NCBI RefSeq assembly: GCF_009914755.1
Contig: NC_060928.1
DNA: 64,000 nt
Reading direction: 5' to 3' (one strand)
Origin: the human T2T-CHM13v2.0 reference genome, Homo sapiens
Positions 1-20,010 of this stretch are shown here, piece by piece. The notes beneath the pieces were generated by a model. That model did no database searches. It saw nothing but the letters and a program-made list of their open reading frames with translations, and had not been told where the DNA came from. The translations under genes were made by a program, and so were the position numbers. Position 1 is the stretch's first letter. Each line of letters begins with the position of its first letter.

Positions 1-209
1 TCACATTTATTTCAGTGTTTAATATTAGAGGTGTTTTGGTCTTTATTTAGAAGTTTGATGATGTTCTTCTAACCAGACATATGCCATGGGAACTTAATTC
101 TTGTTTTTATCTATGAGCCTATGGGAAAATCGGTTTCATTATAAGTCGTTTCGCTTAAGGTCGCAGTTTCCAATAACCTATTGATGACATTAAGTGAGGA
201 CTTGCTGTA
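1..209 (+). mobile_element. Tigger-family (MER82-like) 3' end
   Basis: ggtcgcagtttccaa..acctat..gacattaagtgaggactt..ctgta terminus. Confidence 0.55.
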
Positions 210-546
210 CTTCCTTAGATTTCACAAACCTCAGTGGCAAAGGAACACAGCATGGGAGCTCGTGCCAGGACTTGGAAAGACCCAAAGCTGCAGATGAATT
301 AGCTTCAGGGTAAATCCGCCTCTGACCCAAGAGGCGGGCAAACCTGGCTGATAATCAAACTCATCTGCAGGCCCTATTAGAGAAATGCGGACCCAAAGGC
401 CCCACCTCTGGAGATTTTGCTTCAATAGTGAAAAGGGAAGTGGTGCTTTTGGAAGCTAAGAGGGTTGGGTAAGGTGTGCATGGAGGTGGGAGGGAGGAGA
501 GTACAGATGGAACTTACTGAGCCTTCTAAAATCATTCTCTTCATAG

Positions 547-891
<345 letters not shown>

Positions 892-910
892 TGTCCATCA
901 TCTTTCAAAG

Positions 911-1128
911 CAAGCTTGTTCAACCTGTGGCCCGCCGGCCTAATGCAGCCCAGGATGGCTTGAATGCAGCCCAAAACAAATTTGTAAACTTTCTTAAAAC
1001 ATTATGAGATGTTTTTGGATTTTTTTTTTTCTCATCAGGTTTTGTTAGTGTCAGTGTATTTTATGTGTGGCCCAAGATAATTCTTCTTCCAATGTGGCCA
1101 AGGAAAGCCAAAAAATTGAGCACCCCTG
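911..1128 (+). mobile_element. MER30-like hAT MITE
   Basis: gcagcccaggatggct..aaatttgtaaactttcttaaaacattatgaga...cacccctg. Confidence 0.7.
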
Positions 1129-1249
1129 TTTTAAAGTCTCCTGGTATTTCAAGAAATGATGGCCAGGGCCAACTTCTCCAAATTGCTATTGCTGCCCTTC
1201 CATCACAAGCACACACATCCTCCCTCTCCCTTTGCACTCCTATTCTGAC

Positions 1250-3620
<2,371 letters not shown>

Positions 3621-3632
3621 TAAATATACCTT

Positions 3633-4133
3633 TGTCGAGGAGGAAAAAATCATTTTCCTTCTACCCTTTTACGTTCTCAGCTGAGGCTCTGACAGGTGAA
3701 CAGGAGAGAAACAACAGAGGTTTATTAACATGTGCATACACATGGGAGAAATTCAGGGATGAGTAACCCAAACAGGTGGCTAGAACTTGGACTTAATAGC
3801 ACCTTTAAAAAAAAAACAATAAATTTCAAAGGCATAACAAGACAAAGCAGGAAAACTTTGAGTTTCTAGGGCAGCAAATTGTGGACATGTAAATATATGG
3901 AAGGTCAGCACCAGTCAGTAAAATTTGTTACATGAATGTTCTGATGCTGTCTTTTCACTGATAAGGTTCTAGGATTGTCAGTGATTAACTGTTGTTCAAA
4001 TTTATGTCCTGATTTTAGGCAAATAGGGATAAGGATGACAGCTTTTCATGTATCTTCTCCGTTGTCTTTAGCTCAAAAGGATCCTTATGCCCAAGTGGCA
4101 TATTTTGGGGTGGCAAATCCTGCTATCCTTTAC
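3633..4133 (-). mobile_element. ERV1 LTR, MER34-like
   Basis: Minus strand begins ...gccaccccaaaatatgccacttgggcataaggat..ttttgagct. Confidence 0.6.
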
Positions 4134-5934
4134 CTTCCTGTACTGCAAAGTCTAGAAAACTAAAAATTACATTCCCTAGCTTCTCTTGAAGCTGAGATTT
4201 GGAGGGAGAATTCGGTCCCACCAAAGTCACATCAGATAATTTCCAAAATATTCCCCTTTTTTATTGATAAAGGCTAAGATGAAGGACGTGCTTAGTGTGA
4301 GGTCCAGATGGCCTACTGTTAATAACCGAGGCCCAGGATCTAGCCAGGCTACCTGTCCCCAGTCAGGGCAGCGTAGGACTGGCAGTGGCCTTCCCTACTG
4401 GGGGTTGGGGAACTGGGGCTGAGCTGGTAACATTTAGGGAGGGCCCGTAGAGGCTGAGGAACATTTGTGTTTTTTGCAGACAGCTCACTCCCAGGAGGAA
4501 GAAAGGGAAACCTTGGGCTGAGCACACCTAGTATTTTTCCCAAATTTGCCAACCAGGTTAAACCACCTTTTTCCTCTCTCAGCCACTGCAGAAAGTCAGA
4601 GAGAGAGGCCAGGGTGTCACAACTCCACACTGGGGAGAATCACCAAGGAGGGTGAAAGGGTTTAGTTACCTATATTGGCAGGAAGTCTGGTGAAAAGGGA
4701 GAAAAAGGACTGTCACCATTTACTGTATATACTCCTGTTTAAAATTAATTTTTGCAAAAATCCTGTATTCAAGTACAATTTGTATAGTTAAAATAGAAAG
4801 AAAAAGAAACCTACCACTTCGGTGTAGGATGGAGTAACCTACAGCAAATGAAAGATCCTGCCAAGAAAAACTGGAAAATCTAGATTACGGTAATTTAAAA
4901 AGAAAAAAAATATTTTAAATGCATCAGAGGGCTGGGCGAAGCAAAAAGGATTAGAAAGGGCCCCACTCTGGAGAGAGGAGAACTGCAGAGAGGTGAGTTG
5001 CTAACTAGCAGCCACTTATCCCCTGGGGGCCCCTCATCCTGCCACTGGGCAGAGGAAAAGTCACTTCCTGGGATGACCGCATCTAAGGCCAGCTTTCCTC
5101 TTTTATTCTTCATCACAACTGTCTCAGGGCTTGCACTGCAATTTGTCATTAAATGTCAGCTTCATTGCATTTTTATTTGTCTCTCTGCGTATGCTATAAC
5201 CTTCATGTGGGCAGGAAGAGTCTGTCCATCTTGTTCGTTGTTGCATTCCCAGGCCTGGTATACGGTAGATGCTTAGTAAATATGTGTTGGGTTGGATTGG
5301 AATGAATGGAATGGAATATGAACAGTGAAAGCTTTCCAGCTCTTTCAGATTTCCTGGATTCTAGAGGCCCCTTTTCTCCCCAGAGGCTCTGTTCCCTTAA
5401 GGCTTTGTCAATAGGACCAAACCTAAGCTCCTTGCTGATAGAATGGCATCCTCTGAGTCCTGCTCTAACACCTCCAGGGCTTGGAAGTAGGTGGGGTTGC
5501 GAGCCTTATCAGCAACCCTCTAATCTCCCAGGCCACACCCAAACTAGCACCTCCAGGCCCTTCTCTTCCTAACCACAGAATGCCTTGCAGCTCTAACAGA
5601 AAAAGTGTAAGAACTCCTGTTTTGAGGGCCTACCTGGCATCCAGTTTCTGTTTAACTCAACCCCATTTCTCAATCTCTCCAAAGCCCTGCAAGTTCCTCA
5701 AGTCCACGTGCTCTCAAACCCCTGCCCCAGATTCTAAAACCAGGCCTGTCCACTCTCAGTCTTATTGCCTGGCCTCTGGGCCCACCTTCCCCATTCTCAC
5801 TAGACCCTGGACCACCCACCCTCTCTGGGGTCCCATCCAGGGGGAGCCCACACCCCATGAGTGAAGACCGTATAGAGAGAAAAAATCTAAATGGAAGTCC
5901 GCAGTTGCTGGGTACTTTAAAAATGTCTTTCTAA

Positions 5935-6243
<309 letters not shown>

Positions 6244-6662
6244 CTAAGTGCAGCTTGACATTCTCGAAACTTTATTCTTGTGCATTGGAAGTATTTTATT
6301 TTCCTTTCCGGGTGTAAAAAGCCCAAGACTGAAGCCAGGAAAAATGAATTCTGGTCCTGGTTCTGCTGCTATGTGATATTGGACCATCCGTTTTCTGATG
6401 GAAACCTGGGTCATTTGCTTTGGGGGTTGGTCCTCTGATGTCTTAGCAGGGACTTTGATCTTCTTGTGCGCACACAGAAGCTGTCAGGCTCAGGGAAACC
6501 TACATACATGGTCCACGTTGAAATGAGGGTCTAAAGCCTTGATGTAAGCACGAAAGCGTGTGGGCAGCATGCAGCCCTACAAGCAGGCATTGATCCTCAG
6601 TGGGTCTATGGGTCAAGGTTTATCCAGCCCCAGCTGGACCAGAGAAACCCCTTTAGGCTTAT

Positions 6663-7016
6663 GTATTAGCCCTTTTTCATACTGCTGATAAAAGCACACC
6701 GGAGACTGGGCAATTTACAAAAGAAAGACGTTTAATGGACTTACAGTTCCACATGGCTAGGGAGACCTCACAATCATGGTGGAAGGCCAAAGGCATTTCT
6801 TGCAGCAGCGAGAGAGTAGATGAGGAAGAAACGAAAGCGGAAACCCCTTATAAAACCATCAGATCTCATGAGACTTATTCACCACCATGAGAATGGTATG
6901 GGGGAGCCGCCCCCATGATTCAATGACTTCCCACCAGGTCCCTCCCACAACACATGGGAATTATAGGAGTACAGTTCAAGATGAGATTTGGGTGGGGACA
7001 CAACCAAACCATATCA
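6663..7016 (-). mobile_element. THE1-type MaLR solo LTR
   Basis: Minus strand gatatggtttggttgtgtccccacccaaatctcatcttgaa...ctaataca. Confidence 0.85.
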
Positions 7017-7638
7017 GCTTGTTACACCTCTCCAGAAATGGGAAATTTTTTTTTTTTTTATCACTTTGGTGCTTATAGAGGCTTCCTATGTGCCAGGTCT
7101 GTTCTAAGCACTTTACACCTGATGGCCCATTTCATCCTCATGACAAATCTATGGAGTAGATGTACTTTACCCCCCGCCGCCCCAAGAGCTCCAAAATGTG
7201 AGGCCTTGGGAGGGTAAAGCATTTATTCAAGGTGAGCATTTCCTACAGTAAGAGGCAATCTGGCTGCCGGGTCCGTGTTCTTACCCACAGTGCTAGTGAT
7301 TTTTCTACAGGCACCAGAAGAGCCTCCTCATTCGTGGTTTGGGTTCCCTGGTCACTAGATCCCAGGTGGACAGTGCTAAATTTGGGCATGCCACTCACTG
7401 CAGTTTAGTCACACCTTAGTCTCACGATTTGGTTTTTCTGGAGAACCCTAACTAACACAGTACCTACAGGGTGTTCTGTAAATATACATGTTTCATCAAT
7501 GCATGGATTTGATTTTGGTATTTTGAGTCTCCTCTGGGCATCAGTCTACAACTCATCTTGGGGGTGGTTTATACCTGCAAATAGTCCACCTCATTAACTG
7601 CTTTCTTCCTAGTTTCTCAGTGAGTGACATTTTCCTGA

Positions 7639-8754
<1,116 letters not shown>

Positions 8755-10617
8755 CCACAGTTCATTTTAAACTTCAATCTAGAAATGGGAATCTCAAGCA
8801 AAAGAAGGTGGATGTTTTTATTTAAGGCCCTCAAAGGAGATAAGGAAGTTCAAGAAATTTTCCAAATGGAGTTGCAAGCAGAGAGAATCATGGAGACTTA
8901 CAAAGGTGCTCGATCTTAACAGGAGCTGTTATTTGTTTGCAGATTTGCCTGGGATCTTCTTGTGGGCCTACATACTCCCCATTGTCACTGCAATAGAGCC
9001 AGGATCCAGCCCAGTGCCTGGTCAGAAGAAGCTCCATTAGTGCTTAAGAACTGTATTCAATTGGAACTTTCAACCAATTCAATATGGTCACAACGGGTTG
9101 GCTCCTAGTAAGCTGCTCAGTAAGTGTTTCTTCAGGTGACGTTGGCAAATGAAAGGCAGTAAGGCCCAGTGATTTCAGATCCAGACTGTGGTACTCAGAA
9201 CCATATAATCCTGGGGTCAAATCTCAGCCTTGCTTGCTTCTTTCTGCGTGCCCTGAGCCTCTCCCCTGTAGAGAACCTATTTCACATTGTTGCTATGAAA
9301 ATGACATGAGATCATGAATGTGAAATTTATCATAGTATTGCTCATACTACTACCTTGGGCTGGGAACTATTCCTGGGCTTTCTCATTTAATCCTCTTGCA
9401 ATTCAAAGAGGAAGGCGCTCTTAACTGCCCCACTTCTTACAGATTAAGAAGTTGAGGAACAAGGGCTGGAGCGGTGTCTCCAAGGTCACGAAGCTAGTAA
9501 GAGTGGGTATAGATCGCAGATGCAGTGGCTGGTCTTAACCGTTAAGGGAGAGCTACGAAGTCCCACGTGTGGACAGTAAGTACTCAGTAAAAGTACACTG
9601 TTACTGTTACTGCTGCTGCCATTGTGCTGGACAGCCGGGGAAAGTGAGGGGCAGAGAACTTGAGTCCCCATAGCTACTCCATAACAGAGCCAGAACCACG
9701 GGTGGCTCCAACATTCAGATCTGGGGTACCAAGCCTTGTTGCTTGTTTCTTAACTGCTTTCTCCAAGGCCTGCCCTGGGCAGCCACACCCAGAGTTCTCA
9801 CGACACCCTGGAGCTCTTGCCACCCAGAAGTTCTTGCCACACCCTGCCTGCTCCCGGAAGGTAACAGGGCCACTGAAGAAGGGCTGCATTGTTGTGGCCT
9901 TAGCCTTGGCCCTGAAGGCCAGGAGGACAAACACTTTGGCTTGTAAGTACTGCAAATCAATAAACAGTAAAACTCAGAATAAATGCCCTCTTGAACTTCA
10001 ACTGACCTCAACTCCAAGCTGGCTGGTCCTGAGGACAAATACCCAGGAACGTGATTCCAGGAGAGAATACTTCTGCATGGCATCCAGTTGCTACCTGGCA
10101 GGAGGGTGTTTGCCTTTGAGAGAGGTGGGGGCAGGGGTATCAAATTCTCCTGGGGAAGACAGGAAGTTTGCCAGCGCCACCCAGAGCAGAAAAAAAGTGT
10201 GGCAGTATCAATAAAGATGACAATAGCAAGAGATCTCCTTTTTTCCTCAGAGTCCTGGCCTGCATGAATAGGTGAAATCACAACAGCTAAGATTCAGTGA
10301 GTGCTTCCTGTGTAGGCCACGTGCTGCACTTAGGACCACACGCATGGGTTCGTTGAATGCACTCAACAACCCTATGGCATGGATTTTATTATTTTCATTT
10401 TTCAGGTGAGAAAACCATGGTACAGAGAAAAGTAAATCGCTTCCCCAGGGGCTGCTCGGCCCCCAGGAGGCAGAACCAGAGTCTGAACCCAAGCGATCTT
10501 TTACGGCCCTCCCCTGCAAGCTGGCAACGGAGTATTTCCCTTTATGGTCCCTCTCATTTAATTTTGAATCAGATGTCTTATGCCAAAGTATATACAGAAA
10601 GGACACCACTTTGGAAG

Positions 10618-11308
<691 letters not shown>

Positions 11309-11466
11309 GAGGGGATGAGAGACCCCTGAAGCCTGCTAAGGCTCCTGAGAGCAGCTGACAAATGTATAGGATTTTGAAGAAACTTTTAAAGTCCCAGGGC
11401 AATCAACTTTGTTCCTGCTCTGAGTCTGAGAGGTCCCCATTCAAAGTTAGCCCCCTCATTCAGTCT

Positions 11467-11760
11467 TTTTTTTTTTTTTTCTTAAATTTTGAGACAGGAT
11501 CTTACCCAGGCTAGAGTGCAGTGGCACAATCACGGCTCACGGCAGCCTCCACCTCCCAGACTCAAGGGATCCTCCCACCTCAGCCTCCTGAGTAGCTGAG
11601 ACTACAGGTACACGCCACCGTGCTTGGCTAATTTTTGTATTTTTTGTAGTGACAGGGTTTTGCCATGTAGCCCAGGCTGGTGTGGAACTCCTGGGCTCAA
11701 GCAGTCCACCCACTTTGACTTCCCAAAATGCTGGGATTACAGGCCTGAGCCCCTAACTCA
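11467..11760 (-). mobile_element. AluJ-like
   Basis: Diverged Alu dimer. Confidence 0.85.
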
Positions 11761-12409
11761 GTCTTTATTGCACAGCATTAAAAGGGTGGAAGGAGCGCTT
11801 CACAGAGCCATTCTCCTCCTCCCACCACCATGAGAGGTACAAATTCTACCAAACCTCGTCTCCTGTCTGCCTCTGGTGCAGGTCGAGGTTTGGCCTTCAG
11901 GGATTGCTCCTCTGAGCTAATTTCTTGCAAAGGATGTGACAAAGGTCACCAGAGAGAAAACACCTCAGCACGTGTTCCATAGGCCAATGCGGTGAGTTCA
12001 GCACAGCCCCATCAGCACGCAGACCATGTGAGAGGACTCATGCATGGGAGGCCACCCACGAACAGGGCTATTTTAATAGAATGTCTTCGGGTGTGGTGAG
12101 AAAAACCCCGGCTTGGAGTGTTTGTGGTTCATCTGGAATCAGGCAGCGCTGTTATAAGCTTGGGGCCTATACAGGCTTCCTGGGTTTCTGCTTATTGATA
12201 CACATTGTAGGTCCTCCAAGAACGGTCCTGAATCATTCCCTTGGTTATGTCCATGTACCGGATCATTCCTTTGATTAGTACACTGTAAATACTTCAAGAA
12301 TGCTAGAGAAAGTTTTGAGATCAGAGCCTTTCCCACAAAAGGTCAGGAGTTCCAGTTCTCAATAAGCCGAGGTATCTGTGGTTAGAGGAGTCCAGAAAAT
12401 GCGGGCTGT

Positions 12410-12428
12410 GTGCGCCCCCTGCTGGAGA
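12410..12428 (-). promoter_or_regulatory. Strong CTCF motif
   Basis: Minus strand CTCCAGCAGGGGGCGCAC matches CCASYAGRKGGCRS, in a locally CpG-retaining patch. Confidence 0.75.
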
Positions 12429-13079
12429 GGGAGGCCCAGGCACGCGGGGCTTCTAGTTCAGGGCCGGGGTCCTCTTGAGGGTTCTCGGAGCACCTTCTCG
12501 CGGCTCAGAGGGTTCTTCTTCCTGTCCTTCCAGGGCGGCCTTGCGTGAGAGCAGGACTGCTAAGGGTAATGTGGCAATCTAGAGCCAGATTGCCGGGGTT
12601 CGAATCCTGCTTCTGCAACTGCTCTGTAACTTTTGGCAGGTCATTAAACCTCTCTGTGCCTCACCTTCCTCATCTGTAAAGTTGGGATGATCATATTAGA
12701 GCCTACCTCAGAGAGTACTTATGAGACATAAACGAGATAACATCTCAAACACTGAGGCACAAACAAAGCAAATGTCAAAACACTTAGAATGGTGCCTGGC
12801 ACATAGGGAGTGTTATGTGTTAATTATATATTAATTATTGCTATTATTAATATCATCATCATAATTCTCTTGGTTATTAATAAAATCTAAGAGAAAGCTT
12901 TTCTCCTCTCTCTCAACCCTAAGGGTCACTTTCACGGGCATCAGAAATTCTAACAATCCCAGAGCCAGGATTACAGGCATGAGCCACCGCACTAGGCTCA
13001 TTATTCTAGATACTAAGAGGAGGGAAGAAACTGCTAACTCTATTCCAATAAAAACATCTTCTTCAAAGAAAAAAGGTAA

Positions 13080-14031
<952 letters not shown>

Positions 14032-14208
14032 GACTATATAAACACATACATACAGAATGCCTTATAGATGTTTATGCCCCTTTGAGTGGAACACTGGTGG
14101 TTGTGGGGAGGAAGGCACACATGGAAGAAGTAAAAATAGCCATAGGGTTCCCCAGGGGACGATATTCTCAAGAAATTTGGAAGTTCAGCAGGGCACAGCT
14201 CAGAAAGG

Positions 14209-15941
14209 GAGGTGATGGTGGTGGTGGTGGTAGTGGTGTTGATGATGGTGATGGTGGTGGTGATGGTGATGGTGGTGGTGATGATGGTGGTGGTAATGGT
14301 GGGATGGTGGTGTTGGTGGTGATGGTGGTGGAGGCTGTGGTGTTAGTGGTGATGGTGGTGGTACTGGTGGTAGTGGTGATGGTGGTGGAGGCAGTGGTGG
14401 CGGTGGTGGTGATGGTGGTGGTGGTGATGATCATGGTTGTTGGGGTGGTAGTGGAGGTGGTGATGGTGGTAGTGTTGGTGGTGGTAGTGTTGGTGGTGGT
14501 GGTGTTAGTGGTAGTGATGGTGTTGGTGGTGATGGCGATGGTGGTGGAGGTGGCGATCATTGTGGTTGTGTTGGTAGCAGAGGTGGTGATGGTGGTGGTG
14601 GTGGTGATGGTGGTGGTGGTGGTGTTGGTGTTGGTGTTGGTGATGGTGATGGTGATGGTGTTGGTGGTGATGGTGATGATGGTGGTGGTGGTCATCGTGG
14701 TGGTTTTGGTGGTAGTGGAGGTGGTGATGGTGGCAGTGGTGGTGATAGTGATGGTGCTGGTCGTGGTGGTGATGGTGTTGGTGGTGGTGGTGGTGATGGT
14801 GTTGATGGTGGTAGTGGTGATGGTCCTGGTGGTGATGGTGATGATGGTGGTGGTGGTAGTGGTGATCCTGGTGGTTGTGGTGGTAGCGGTGATGGTGTTG
14901 GTGGTGTTGGTGGTGTTGATGATGTTGTTGTTGGTGGCAATGGTGGTGGTAGTGGTGTTGGTGGTGGTGATGGTGTTGGTGGTGATGGTGATAATGATGG
15001 TGGTGGTGGTGACCATGGTGGTTGTGGTGGTAATGGAGGTGGTGATGGTGGTAGTGGTGGTGATAGTGATGGTGCTGGTGGTGTTGTTGGTAGTGGTGAT
15101 GGTATTGGTGGTGGCAGTGGTGATGGTCCTGGTGGTAATGGTGATGATGGTGGTGGTGGTAGTGGTGATCATGGTAGTTGTGGTGGTAGTGGTGATGGTG
15201 GTGGTGATGGTGGTGGTGGCAGTGGTAGTGATGGTGATGATGGTAGTGCTGGTGGTGGTGGTGATGGTGGCCTGGTGGTGGTGATTTTGGTGCTGGTGGT
15301 GGTGATGGTTGTGCTGGTGGTGGTGGTGCTGGTGGTGGTGGTGTTCATGGTGGTGGTGGTGGTGATCGTGGTTGTGGTGGTGGTAATGGTGGTGGAAGCA
15401 GTGGTGGTGGTGATAGTGATGGTGGTGGTGGTGATAGTGTTGGTGATGGTGGTGGTGGTGATGCTGGTGATGGTGACGGTGGTGGTCGTCATGGTGATGG
15501 TAGTGGTGATGGTGGTGGTGACGGTGGTGGTTGTGGTGGTTGTGGTGATGGTGGTGGTACTGGTGGTGGTGGTGATGGTGGTTGAGCTAGTGGTGATGGT
15601 GGTAGTGGCAGTGGTGGCAGTGATGGTAGAGGTAGCAGTGGTGGTGGTACTGGTGGTGGTGGTGGTAGTGGTGGTGGTGGCGGTGATGGTAGAGGTGGGG
15701 GTGGTGTTGGTGATGGTGATGATTGTGGTACTGGTGGTGGTGGTGGTGGAGCTGGTGGTGATGGTGGTGGTGGCAGTGGTGATGGTGGTGGTAGAGGTGG
15801 TGGTGATGGTGGTGGAGGTGGTGGTGCTGGTAATCGTGGTGGTGGTGGCGGTGATGGCAGTGGTGGCGGTGGTAGTAGAGGTGGTGGTGGTGGTAGAGGT
15901 AGTGGTGATGGTGATGGTGGTAGATGTGGTGGTGGTGGTGG
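14209..15941 (+). repeat. Degenerate (TGG)n trinucleotide array, about 1.7 kb
   Basis: Continuous GGT/GAT/AGT triplets; produces spurious poly-Val, poly-Thr and poly-Pro ORFs. Confidence 0.97.
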
Positions 15942-17859
15942 TATATCTACATGATGCAGCAGGCTAGTAGAAGATCCCAAAAAGTTGATTTCAAGAGTAG
16001 CTGGTGGTTGTGGTAGAACCAGCTTTGCCATTCTTTTGCCAGGAAAAACTTGTGCTTGGCATCACTACTTGTGGCACGCCTCTTCCGAGCCCTAGACTAA
16101 GTGCCCTCTCTGAGCCTCCATAGCACCCTGTAGCACTCACTCCTACCATAGTGTCTGTCGCTCTCTTGTCTGACCTCTCAGTAAAAAGGAAGCTCGATGA
16201 GAGTGAGTAGAGCTTTTCCTTTTCACTTCTGCATCTCTAGTTCTCAATACATTGCCTGGCACGAAGTTGGCACACTGTAAATACTTGTTGCATGGATGAA
16301 TGGATAAGCAGACAGGTGGACACATGCATGAATGAATGAAAAAATGAATAAGTGAGTAAATAAATAAAAAAGAGTCAGAGGTCTGCAAGCCTGGAACTGG
16401 GAATTATTCCTACCTGAGGAGCTCCAGAGAGCAAGAGCAAGAACTGGGGATTTACCATCTGCTGGGGTTTGCCTCCTGGTAGAATGACGGATCAGCAGCA
16501 ATGGCACTTTATCATAGCCCAAGGACATAAAGCATTCTGATTCAGGAAGCCTCTTGAGACTGAAGAACCTCCTAGCTGAGAAGATATTTCTCCAAGGCAG
16601 CCCTAGCCAGATGGGAAGTTATTTTGGATGAAGTCACCCTGTGGTAGTTGAAAAACACAATACGGTCAACACCTACTCTGTGATGACAGCATGCATCTTC
16701 CCTCTAGTGTTCAAAGCTTACTTTGGCCTTATGAAGTAGGCATGATTATTCTATAAAGAAGAAGGCTGCACCCAAAGATGCGGAGTGGCTGGCTAGTAAG
16801 TACAGAGTCAGGATTCAAACCAGCTCTGTTGGCTCCAGTATCCCCTGTGGCTACTTGGGAAAGCAGGATTGATGAAAAAGGGAAGAAATTCTGTTGGTTA
16901 GAGAAACACTCACTGCTGTAGCAAACTCTGAAATTTGTAATTGCTCCAATAATAGGCGTGTATTTCTCATGTAGAGTCTCAAATGGGATTCCTGGTGAGC
17001 AGATGGGCCTTCTCCAAGAAGAGATTCAGGAACCTGTGCTCCCTCCATCCTGTGGTACCATCAACTTCACATGTGACTTCAAGCTGCCACACCCATCTGC
17101 TTCGAACTGGCAGCAGGGAAGAGCCTGGGGGAATGGGAGGTTTTGTGGATCAGATGTAGAGGTGGCACACGTCACTTCTAATCACCCTTTGGCTGTAACT
17201 CAATTACTTGGCCAGTGCTTACCAGCGATGTAACTTCAACAGAGCCTGCAAAATACAGTGCAGCTCTGTGCCAGGAGAAAGGAGGCAATGAGTTTGGTGA
17301 AGATAGGCAATCTCCACCACAACCCATACCCAACAACTGGGGACAGCAGTGAGATTCCAGGACAGCAAAAGCCCAGCTCAGCCCTCCACTAGGGTACAGT
17401 AGCCCTGTAGGTAAGCTTGGAGGAAGTCAAAATTTGAAGCTCTATCTTGGGCTGCACACATGCCTAAAGGCTTGTTTATTGTATCCCCTTCTTTGGGGAA
17501 CTGTTCCTCTCGAGCTTCAATAATGCCAATCCTAGTATTCTTAGACCCCTAGCTAGAGGTAAGCATATGACTCAGGTTTAAGGGTGGGCATTCAGGGATC
17601 AGTTTAGGGAAGGTCACGTGATCCTAGAAGAGCCTATTGGCATGCTTCCCTAACCAATCAAGAACGCTTTGCTCCTAATTGTCTGGTTATAGGGCTGCAA
17701 GGATGGAAGTGAGGAGTGGTCTGACATCATGCCTGCACCCTCAATGGAGAAAGCCAGAAGAAAGAAGGCAGCATGTAGAAAAGAGCTGAGAAAGAAAGAG
17801 AGAAATGACAGCAATGACAGTGTTCAAGTCCCTGGCTCTTTAAGGCTAGGCTACTTTGC

Positions 17860-19432
<1,573 letters not shown>

Positions 19433-19561
19433 TCAGTTCTTCTGTTTATTAGCTATCTGGCCTGAGTGAGATTACTTAACTTCCATGAGCCCTATTTTCT
19501 CTATGGAATAATAATGTCTATTCCATGGAATTTCAGTAAAATTAATGCAATAATATATATA

Positions 19562-20010
19562 AATTGGAACCAACCCAAATGTCTATCAGTGACAGACTGG
19601 ATTAAGAAAATGTGGCACATATACACCATGGAATACTATGCAGCCATAAAAAAGGATGAGTTCATGTCCTTTATAGGGACATGGATGAAGCTGGAAACCA
19701 TCATTCTGAGCAAACTATCGCAAGGACAGAAAACCAAACACCATTCCCACTCATAGATGGGAATTGAACAATGAGAACACATGGACAGAGGGTAGGGAAC
19801 ATCACACACCGGGGCCTTCCAGGGGGTGGGGCGAGGGGGGAGGGATAGCATTAGGAGATATACCTAATGTAAATGACAAGTTAACGGGTGCAGCACACCA
19901 ACATGGCACATGTATACATATGTAACAAACCTGCACGTTGTGCACATGTACCCTGGAACTTAAAGTGAAATAATAAAAAAATAAATAAAAATATAAATAA
20001 AATAAAAATA
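19562..20010 (+). mobile_element. 5'-truncated L1PA 3' end inserted in a MIR
   Basis: ORF2 C-terminus WIKKMWHIYTMEYYAAIKK, G-rich 3'UTR, A-rich tail; taaattgg at both ends. Confidence 0.92.

Noticed and set aside
9660-10281. Overlapping 184/188-aa ORFs on opposite strands
   Set aside because: No recognizable domain, non-ATG starts, no exon support
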